The notes under the pieces: model-generated
The model's input: only the letters and a program-made list of their open reading frames with translations
What the model was told of the DNA's origin: nothing
Database searches by the model: none
Translations under genes and position numbers: made by a program
Part shown: piece after piece, positions 1-10,604 of the stretch
How the letters are laid out: the number at the start of each line of letters is the position of its first letter
Numbering within the stretch: the stretch's first letter is position 1
Origin: Amphiscolops sp. MND2022
Taxonomy: Eukaryota
DNA: 64,000 nucleotides
Assembly (NCBI GenBank): GCA_964187785.1
Contig: OZ076409.1
Location: 83,020,001-83,084,000, forward strand
Direction of reading: 5' to 3'

Positions 1-1
1 A

Positions 2-3000
2 AAGAGCACAGTCGAACTAAAATTCGAAGTGGGCGACATAGAATTTCACGAAATTTTCATTGTAATGGAAAAACTGTCAAGCCCCATAATTGGACTAATG
101 TTCCTTCAAAGGAACCACACTGTCCTGGACATGCGCCAAGGTATACTCAACTTTCCCTACTTCTCGATGCAACTCAAGACGGCTGACCATAAATACTCAA
201 ATGTTTTGGAACCCATCCTCAACCCTGAGGATGTCACAATTTCGCCCAATGACCATGTGGTCATACCCATTCATTCACATATTTACGCAGAAAATGCAGT
301 TACGGGCATATTGCAACCCAGCGATCTTCTGCACGAGGAAGGCGACATAACCTTCTGTGCCGCCATAGTCACATTACATGAAGGGGCTATGAGAATACAC
401 GTCAACAATTTCACTGATCAACCCTATAAAATAAAGAAAGGGATGCACATTGCAAACTTTTCAGTGATGACCCCTGAACAGATGAAACACGTCAGGCCAA
501 TAGACCCAGTGTCCACCTGGCACTTACTGAATGAAAATGAAGACGACGCTATTTATTATATTAGTAGCCTTCTTAAAGCTAACAGAAATAATGACCAATA
601 CGAACAATATTGGTTCCCGACGCCTGAAAACCCAGGGGACGAAACGACCCATACCCCAATACAACAAAGAATTCTCAAAGAATTACGAAACCTGCAAAGT
701 TTAGAACAACTCAACCCGCACGACGATGCGGAATCTCGTCGAAAATTCCTCAGCAATTTTGATTGGAAGGACTCAATGTTACAACAACATGAAATCAGAC
801 AAATAGAAACTCTATTAGTGGAATTCCATGACATTTTGCACGCCATAGATTTGACATTGGCGTCAATGAGGAATTTACGGTCAAACTGACCCCAAAGGAC
901 GAGTCGCCTGCTTACAGTCAGAGCCTACCTACTCCGGTCAACCTCAAAGAGGACATATTGGTCGAACTGGCATTACTCCATAAATATGGGATTATAACAA
1001 CACTACCATTCTCGAAGTACGCCAGTCCAATATTTGCGCAGAAAAAACCCAATGGAAAACTGAGACTTTTGGTGGATTTGCGGAAGATCAATAATCTGAT
1101 TTCAGATGACTACGTCAATAACAACCACCCAGTCAGCACCTTGACGGATGCGGCGCAACATATGGCAGGCAAAAAGCTCTTTTGCAAACTCGACTGTTCC
1201 CAAGCTTATCATTGCCTTCCTATGGCAGACCAGAAATCGATTGAAATGCTAGCTTTTAACTTCGCCAGCAGGACATTTGCATATAGAAGATTAGCCCAAG
1301 GACTCAGTAGAGCCCTGTCGGCCTTCTCCAGTTTCATGAGGGAATACTTGGATCGTGTTATAAAAGCAGACCAATGTGCTCAATATGTGGACGATATCGG
1401 TGTCGCGGCGACAGACGCTAACCAGCTTATCGTCAACTTAAGAGCAACGTTCCAATGTATCAGAGAAGCAGGATTGAAATTGTCCATGCACAAGTGCCAT
1501 TTCGGCGCTACTGAAATTGACTTTCTTGGGAGAACCATTACACCTGAAGGCGTAAAGCCCCAAAAAGAAAGAATCGCTAACTTCTTGGAAAAGACGAAAT
1601 TCCCAAAGTCCAAGAAGGCCTTACAACGCTATCTTGGTTTCCTCAATTACTACAGGAATTATATTCCAAGGCTATCCGAAAAACTAGTTCCCTTCTTCCA
1701 ATTGCTCAAAAAGGATGAAAAAGTACTAGTCACGCAAGAGCTGGTTGAACAATTTAATGCGATCAACCGCGATTTAGAACGATGTAGTCAATTGGCGTTG
1801 AAACAACCTCTGCCGAACAAACAACTGGTCCTCATGACTGACGCAAGTTTTACAGCAGCCGGTTACGCCATATTGACCGAAGACGACCCAAATCAAAAAT
1901 ACACTTCTGTTAAAAAGTCCTATGCGCCGATTGCATATGGATCCAAAACTTTCACGCCTTCTTAGCTCAAAATGTCGATATATGCAAAGGAATTCCTAGC
2001 TATATATTATGCATTTAAGGAGTTTGGACATATCTTCTGGGGAACACCTCAACCCGTGATTATCCTCACAGATAACAAATCGGTTACAAGGTTCTTCCAG
2101 ACAAAGATAATTCCACCGCCTCTCTGGAATGCTTGTGATTTTATCATTCAATTCAACTTCATTATAGCTCACATTCCAGGCAAAAACAATACAGCGGCAG
2201 ACTACTTGTCCCGTATGGAAATGGACCCTACTGAAAAGTTGGTCCTGAAAATACGAGAGGACGTAGAAACTAGACCGATCGAGGTCAATGTCCAATCAGC
2301 CGGCGTATCAGAGGAAGAGCAAATTTTCTTCACTGAGGAGGACAACGAAACAGAAGAACAGATTTGGAAACGGAAACAACAATCCAAAAAGGGCCTCATA
2401 GTCCCTGAGACATTAATCCAAATTGACGCTATATCAGAAAATACCGTCGAAGAGATTACTAATTTCACGCAGAAATAAGGAAGAACAAATCAGATACTGC
2501 TTGAACAATCCAGAGACCCGATTCTCCTCCAATTGAGGGCGAAACTTCAAAAAGAAGAATACTCTGAAGAAATCCTTCAACAGGATATTCGGTACAAGTA
2601 TTACTTGAACAACATAGATCGAATAGTCCTCAAAGACGAGATAGTGACGCGGCAGTACTACGATGAAACCGGACAGGTCAAATATCATCAAATCTTATTG
2701 CCAAAGCATTTGCTCAAAGAATTATTACAAGCAATACATGGCACGGCACATAGACACCCGGGCATTTCTAAAATGCTACAGGAAATTCGCCAAAAGTACT
2801 ACTACCCCGGAATTGCAAAACACGTCAAAAAATGGGTAGAAGGCTGCGAAACATGTGCCAAGGACAAAAGGGTCCCCAACACGGTAATCACCCCAGAATT
2901 ACTGAATTTACCTGAATGGGACCTAGGCATAGAAGATGCCATGCAAATCGATTTACTGCCAAATTTACCAACCAGCGGCGGATACCAAACGGTGATGACG

Positions 3001-4308
3001 GCAATAGACGTATTTTCAAGATATTTATTCGCCTACCCGCTAATTGAGGCAACAGCCGCAAACGTAGCCAAGGTGATAATTGACATCATGACGAAACATT
3101 CGTATTTGCCAACAACACTCATCACGGACAAGGGATCCGCATTTACATCAAAAATTCTAGAAGAAATTACTGCAATACTGGGGATCACATTGAAGTGTGC
3201 CACTACTAAACATCCGCAAACTATTGGTAAACTTGAAAGGACACACGCCTCTTTAAAAACCAACTTAAAGATGGCCTCAGGGGAATACCGTCGTCAATGG
3301 CACAAATATTTACCATTAGCTGTGCTTAACTATAACACTACTTATCACGCTAGTATTGGTTGTGAGCCTAGCAAAGTCTTTCATGGCCGAATTCCCTATA
3401 ACGTCCTGGATCACAAATTAGGGAATAATCCTAACAAAAATTTCCTACCGACGACTGAATTCGCGGAAGAATTGCAGCAGAGGACACAAATCCTCATTGA
3501 TCAAACCAAAAGGAATATTATGCAGTCGTATTTAAAGTACAAGGAGTACTACGACCGCAAGGCCAAAGCAGCTCCGCTACAAGAGAAAGACTACTGTTTT
3601 GTTCTTCAACCGAAAGCGGATAGTCAAGGCTCTAAGATACCATTTAGGGACTTCCGATGGATTGGTCCTTTTGTCGTCCAAAACACTCTACCAAATAACA
3701 ATTATATAGTGCGTCGTTTAAATACGAATAAAACGCAAATCTTGCATCGGATAAGGCTCAAAAAATTTGTCCCAAATGCTCCATTAGAGGACAACTACAA
3801 AGAAGAGAAACTACAGCCTGATGAAGAAATAATAATACCGCAAGATGATCTATATACCATTTCATGGGAAGCGGACTTTGAGTACGAGCTATTCGAGCCG
3901 AAGACAAATGATTGGCCACACACGGCCACGCGTCTGCCACAGGACGCCGCGAACGGAGAAGTCGACTATTACGTCACCGAGAATGAAAGCAGCAGCGTAA
4001 ACGAAAGTGAGCGCAGCAGCGAGAGAATGAATGACAATGACGTCAACGAGAATGAAGTACGGCCGAGATCGGCCAACAACCGTGACGCGTCGTCCCCGCT
4101 GAGCGAAACGCCACGTGGGACGGCAAATCAAAATGACGTCACAAATGATTTAGAGAATGCGGAAATTGCTTCAGAAAGAGGCGTAGATATTACCGTGCCC
4201 GGAATATCGGAAAATGGAAAAGATGAAGAAAATTCTAGCCCTAGAGGAGGGAAATATAATCTTCGACCTAACCCCACCCCCAACTTCACTGATGAATACA
4301 GATACTAG
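2..4308 (+). pseudogene. pol: Disrupted Gypsy pol (protease C-term, dUTPase-like linker, RT, RNase H, integrase)
   Basis: Motifs: IIGLMFL protease end; RT YASPIF..KK..GKLRLLVDLRKIN, KLDCSQAY, YVDD (1384-1395); RNase H TDAS, KEFLA, TDNK; integrase H..H..CETC, D..TDKG..ER, GPF. Lesions: 1-nt frameshift near 835, in-frame stops at 1963-1965 and 2476-2478. Confidence 0.95.
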
Positions 4309-4526
4309 TCAGATAAGTAAATTAAAGTCCCATAAGTCTCTTGGACTAAATTAATATTTTTGCCGGGACTACTCTGACTATGAACTCAAATCTGGATATA
4401 ACAGAATAATTTTACAAACATGCAAAGAAGTCCACAGGAACTGCAACGTCTAATGAAATAAAAGTAAATCAAAGTTCACAATAAATACAAAGAAACAAAT
4501 AGAACACAAATGTACTCTATGTACAT

Positions 4527-7500
4527 TTAAGATTTAGAGGAGGATTGCTCAGCATTGCGTGACCCGGAGTCTTCTCTCACTGGCTCGGCATTCTCAAAGG
4601 CTACTTTGCACTTCACTTTTCCAGGGGATTTCCTTCGCTTGCTGTGAGTAACTGGGGAAGTAGACCCAGAGGCAGAACGACTGGAGGATGGAGACTTCGA
4701 CTTCTGCGTTAATGCCTTATGCTTTTGACAAAGAATCTTGTAAAAATCAGCTCGACCGAAGACATCAACGTGCGTCCATGGATCTCCGGCCACATTCCCA
4801 GTATGAAACTCCTGCTCAATTTCTCGGAGTTTATTGAGAGAGTCATCCTTCGTGCAGACAGAAACGGCATCTGGTGCTCGAGCTAAGTAAGATTGTGCTG
4901 GCAGTAGAACGTCGGCTAGCTTACATTTAGGCCTTTGGGCATCGACATCATGGAACCGAATGGGCGGGAGCAAAGGAGTGTTTTCAGTAAGGCACATACA
5001 GCTCAATTGGAAAAGACGATAGAGGTGCACCCGGCTTCGTAGTTCAGGCATCACTGACAGGAAGTCGACCATGTCAGAAAATCCATTCGGGGAATCTTTT
5101 AAAGCCTCATAACTTTGACGAAAATGCCCAACAAACTCCAAATATTCGTCGCGGCAGTCGTTTTCAGGCGACCCTTCCATCCAGCCTCGAAGACTGAAAC
5201 TTTGATACAATGCCGCAAAGCAAAAACTGGCTTGCTCCGTGGGAAGGCAAAGGAGGACGTTCGGATCAAAGCTCGCCATTTCGACCACGAGATTGGAATT
5301 CAAGCTGACATGACCCAGGAAGTTCTGAAGGAGGGTAACAAGATAACTCCTAGCCTTCGCGACGAACTTCTCCTTCACTGTTTCAACTTGTTCGGACAAA
5401 TTAGGAATGGGCCCCTCTCGGTCGCTGTTGTCACGTCGTACCTTAGCTGTGCTAGCTGCGTCCAAATCTTGCTTCAATCGCAGTCTAGTGAGGAAATCTC
5501 TGGAGGATAGTTGTCGGAGCTCAGCAGTGCGAAGTACTGGTAATTGAGTCCAATCAGTTTCTTTAGGCGAATGTTTGGGCAACAAAGACCGGTAACAGAG
5601 CTTTCTGATGAAGTTGTTTAGTTGCCCGAAAGTAAAGAAGCCAGAGTCTCTATGCCCAGCCAAACTTCGTTCAAAGCAAACATTGTCTAAACAGTAATTT
5701 CAATAATGGAGTTGGGGCCGACAGAAACTTACCCCGAATAGAAGCTTAGGGAATCTTTGGCCCTCAAAACAAAATGGCCGAAACGGAGATACTTACAATC
5801 ATATATGATCCGCCCATAGAACTCGAGCTTGACCAAGAAGAAGTCGTCACAGATGATCTGCCACTCCAGGCTTTGAGGCTAAAAGAACAAGCGCCCCTGA
5901 CAACATCTGGTCCAACCCCCTACAAAAGTTAAGCAAAGTCTAAACCAAATACTGAAATACGTTCAGACCTTGTTTTTAACTCCGATCATCTCATAGCTGG
6001 GCGCAATTTGAGTAATGTGGTCCAGGAAGGCTGACCAGTTCTTGATAATCTCCGAGCAAATAGTGGGGATAGATCGGAGTCGCAAATCATTACTGCTAAT
6101 GGCCTAAAAACAACTTCATGATGCAGGCACGAAATCACAACAGCCCGGTAAAGGAAAACTGGGACTTACCTTAGAAAGCTCAGGCGCGGCGGTCATCCAA
6201 GGCTCATCGAGGCTCTGAGACAAATAGGCCAGCAAGTATTTAAGCTGGGTGTGGAAGTTGATGCGTCCAAACACACTTCCTTCCCGCTTGTGCATGAGCC
6301 TGTGTATTGATGTGACTTGGTACCGGAAGGGGTATTCGATGCTTTTCTTCATCAACCCCGACTGTTCCACAGTCCGAAGAACGTCAGAGGTACAACCAGA
6401 CATGCAAACTATCTGTGGGGCGGTGGACAGCAAGGACAAGAGTCGAGCTATAACAAGCAGCTGATTGCGATCTGGATCAGAAGCCAAACTGTATTGCATC
6501 AATTGGAGCTTCACGAGAAATCCCGACTTCCAGTAACGTAGTGAAGCTATCTCCATGCCTCCCTGTGGCTCAAATTCAATTGAATATTGTCCAAAGTCGT
6601 TGACGGACTGGGCCACATCCTCCATGCCACGCAAGAAAATGTGATGGAAGATAGCCTGAAATAGTTAATTCTATATGAGAACTCGCTAACTCCGGGTGAA
6701 ATAACAGAGCACCCCCCCGTCTCCTGCCCTATACAAAGAAAAGATGAGAACGAATGGAATACGTACCGTAAGCGTGATGGAGCTCCAGTCCAGCTCTCCG
6801 AATAACTCCTGGTGGTTGGTGAAATTGCCCACTTCGGTCCAGAGCCCCTGCAGAAGGGTAATATCACCTGAGTAAGGGACAAGTCGACCAATCAATGAAA
6901 TTTGGGTCCCAAGTCGGACATCGTCAGGACTTGCTAAACCTCCAGCGCTTGCCATGTACTCGTCGTAGAAAGGGTAACGTGGGCCAATATCTACGAGTGG
7001 TGCAGTTTCAAACAAAGGCTTTTCCTTCTGAAGTTCGAAGGCAGTTAGGACGTGTCCGTCCTTCCCTCTGACAGCGTGAACAGTAGTGCCCGAGATCTTG
7101 TCGAGTTTGCCTAGGTGTTCGTACCGCCAGCGCTGATCCTTTCTTAAATGACCCTCATTTTGGTAATGTCGGACGATTTCACGCGCCCCTTTGGAGAAGA
7201 TGGACACGTTGGTCTTACAAATTTGGCAATAAAATTTGTATTTGTTGTGTACAGGGTCAAGTGGGCCAGTGACAAACACCTTGGTCCATTGGATACCTTT
7301 AAAATATGCGGGCTTCATCACCTTCCCTGGTCGGCTCATTAACCTGCGTCTCTTCCGTGGGGGACTTTGGTTACTTGGCTGATGGATAACCTGGGGTCCA
7401 AGCGTGCTCAAAGGTTCATAGTCACCCTCGCTGTATCCTGGACTGGGGATGACGGACTTCCCTAGGGCTATCTCGCGTTCCGCGGTACTTGTGCAGGTAT

Positions 7501-8545
7501 GCATTCCAGTGATGGGTGTATTAGGTCCAGAGCCGGTTTCCAGACTAGTGACAGTTCCACCTATCTCTTCATCAGTAGAGTAAGCCCCGCTGGTGTTGCC
7601 ATCAGTGGTGTAACCCTCTCCGTCTGACTCTCCTCCCGAGCTATTAGCTGTACTTGTGTCCGGGATACTCCCCCGGATCAGAGCTTTCCGCAGCTGGCTG
7701 ACACTCTGTCCTTTCCCCCCGTGAATCGCTTGCAGGACTAATGAGCGCATAGAGTGCAAAGATGACTTGACTGTTTCGTCGGAAATAGTCTTCAAAACAG
7801 CATGAATCTGTGGCTCACTAAATGCTACCGTCGTGTGTCCCCTGGGGAGCTCAATGGGTGTATTTTGAGTAAAATACTTGCGGAGCATAAGCCTCCCGTT
7901 GGCAGACAATTCTGTAGGAATTGCAGGTTCCTTTTGACCGAATGATGTCAGAGGCTTACGTGAGCTTTCCGATGTAGTCTTTTGAGCTTCGTTCGGGTCA
8001 ACAAGAAGTTCGGGACCTACAATGCTAGAGGTGGGCCTGTCGGTCAATCCGTCTTCCCCTGCACTGTCAAGGATGTCCTCTATTTCGCTGGCGGAAGTTT
8101 CGAAGTAATTTCTCTGGGGTTCTTCAGGCAAATCAAAGGCATTTGAATCAAACAACCTTGAGGATCCTTCCCCTTCGGGTTCGGCCCTTCTGGTTTTGGG
8201 TTGTTTGGCAGGAATGGTCTCAGATTCAGAAGCTTTACCCGTACTAGGTCCTGAACACTTCTGTGGGGAGTCATCGTGAGGAGTCGCCAAGAACGTTATA
8301 TCCAGGCTAGGATCAAGGCGGGCCATAGTACGCAAGGTTTGGCTCGCGAAGGTGGTCATACTCTCTTCAGTGTTCCCACTACTTGAGGAAAAGTTAGAGG
8401 GTGGCCGAGCATCAGGGTGTAATTCCGCACCGTCTCCTTCGGTTACTTGGTGCTGATCGCCGGGCTGTTGGTCCATCAGGCTTTGTGTGGTTACGACAGG
8501 GGTAGTAGTTTGGGTCTCCTGTGTTTCGACAGGCTGTTCAGACAT
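4527..8545 (-). CDS. Spliced antisense cargo gene, hAT-transposase-like zinc-finger protein, 1213 aa; exons 8545-6767, 6655-6170, 6103-5969, 5878-5797, 5686-4527
   Basis: Four GT-AG introns (6766-6656, 6169-6104, 5968-5879, 5796-5687) join into one stop-free frame with phases 0,0,0,1. Contains C-x2-C-x16-H-x5-H finger (7228-7148), basic PPRKRRR motif, and hAT-like segments YSIEFE, IIKNWSAFLDHI, LVKLEFYGRIIYDYNVCFE. Confidence 0.85.
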
Positions 8546-9787
8546 TGTGTCTAAACAAAAAGAAATGAAATCAAGCGGGAACCTTCCTGAATATGAGTCC
8601 ATTACCGCATTAAAAATCTTCCGGAAGTAGATTAATCTGAACACAAGTGAATGCTTGAGTTATTGGACAGGAAGTACGTGAACGAAATGAGAGTCTTGAT
8701 CAAACCTCAAATTAGTTCATTTTTTTCTCAATAAAATTAAAAGAAACCTGGAGCCTACTGACCTGTTAAATTGTGACTACTGGAGGGATCGTGAATTGGA
8801 TCTGCCATGAGACTCAATGGAGTACGTCAAGGGATGATTTCTTCAAGGTGACAAACTGGAGTTGGTTGAGAGTGGTTGGAAAGAGCCTGGAAGTCGACTG
8901 TCCGTTGAAACCCGGAAAATCTATGGGGATGTGGACGAATGGACACTGAGTCCTGGGATGGAGATGAGAAGTAATTAGATGAAAAATACAATAAAGTGAC
9001 TCAAAGACTAAATGACTGACTAAGTATATGATGGTTAAATGTGCTGATGATTAAATACTGGATAATACGAGAAGTGGATAATACAATTGAATGATAGGCA
9101 ATTGAAAGAAGAATAGGCGATGTGACAAGATGTCAAGATTGGAGTTCGTGGCTATACTGTTTGGTGTCCAATTTACAAGTATTTACAATTTATGGTAATA
9201 CGTGGATAAAGTCTGCCAGCGATATCTACATTTTCCATTTATTTCGAAAACTTTGTTATTTTACAAAACTATTTCATTTTTTTATGTTATTTTCTTTTAT
9301 TTTCAAGGTCATTTTATATCATTCCTCATATGGATTCACGACCTTGAGAGGCCATTTTAATTTGGGAGAAATTTTGCTGCAATCTTATTGGTTGATCATA
9401 TTGATGAAGGCCGGCGTGGCTGACTGCCATAACTTTACCTCCTTGAGTCTCTCAAGTACCTGATGAGTGTTAATAAACACTTGAGGTAACTCTCCTAACT
9501 TAGAAGTATTAGCCTAGCTGATGATAGTCAATAAAACTGATGTCGGCAATTACAAAGTGTCCTGGCGGCATGATAAAAGAACAAGGGAAGCGGAATCTGT
9601 TATTGAAGAATTACTTGCCGGGAAATGTGAAAACCCGGGAAAGGAGAAACGAAGAGACTCGTGGTCGAAGGAAACTGAGATCGCCATAATCTCAATTTCT
9701 CTGCTGAAAATCAGTTGATTTCAACAACACCTAAATTCCAACAGGAAAACAATCAAAATTGCAAAGAAAATCTTCAAAATCCGAGTT

Positions 9788-10604
9788 ATGTCAGACATCT
9801 CCGAGACTTTCCCGATGGACTTCATCGGAGCAGCAAGATCAGAAGGGGAACCGGCAATCATATACATCTCTAGCGACGAAGAGGAAGCGATGGACTCGAA
9901 TTGTGGGTGGTCTGTGGATGACTTGTACCTGTCGTCCGAAGACGAATCAGACGAGATTAGACTCATGGCCAAATGCATTGAGAGACAACTTGCGGAGCCC
10001 ATATCAATTCCTTCAACCTCAGCCGGTCAGAAGCAGAAAAGACCTGTGACGCCCAGGCCAAATGTGCCACCATTTCCTACCTTTGGGGAGAAGTACTTCA
10101 ACTTGGCAAGGGGAAATGGGCCTGTAAGTCGGGACAACAGGATCAAATCTAATCACCCCATAAATATATGCCGATCTAGTACCGCAAGTGGACACCCCGC
10201 TATCTCCGCCTGAACAAGACAGAGGACTACAATACCCATGTGAGCCTCATGACGATTCACCATCCTCCATGAACACGTCAATGGAAGCGGTGGCAAGTCA
10301 TTTCGACGAGATCGCCCTTGCCGAGCCACCCTCCTTAGTCAACTACTAAGACTGAGTAGTATGCGGGAAATCAGTCGAACAAATTCAAGAAGAGACCGTC
10401 AATGAATACCTGGACAGGACAGTAACTGTAGGAGAGACTTTAGCTGAGACTCAGGCAAGGAGGAGGGCATTCCTAGATGGCATGAACGCAAACGCTTTTC
10501 TACTTATGCCAGGGGGAGTGTCGCGGGCTGCCGCCTGCGACGGCAATTGGTACTCAGTCGGATACAACTACAATACTCTCCCTGGTACCCTCCCAATGAA
10601 CTGA
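9788..10604 (+). pseudogene. Accessory sense ORF of element A, acidic N-terminus, continuing after a frameshift and two stops through the PPT into the LTR
   Basis: ORF 9788-10213 (141 aa). After a shift near 10200 another frame reads ...VVCGKSVEQIQEETVNEYLDR...RRRAFLDGM...MPGGVSRAAACDGNWYSVGYNY...PMN* ending at 10604, with TAA and TGA near 10347-10355. Confidence 0.55.
10511..10518 (+). promoter_or_regulatory. Polypurine tract of element A
   Basis: AGGGGGAG immediately before TGTCGCGGG. Confidence 0.7.

Noticed and set aside
4527..8644. env gene, or three independent ORFs
   Set aside because: Antisense orientation, no signal peptide or transmembrane segment, and the ORFs splice into one protein. 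The listed start at 8644 lies upstream of a splice acceptor.
9459..9490. Hammerhead ribozyme (CTGATGA followed by stem GTGTT/AACAC)
   Set aside because: The required GAAA after stem II is absent (TTGAG instead), and there is no matching stem III or cleavage triplet.
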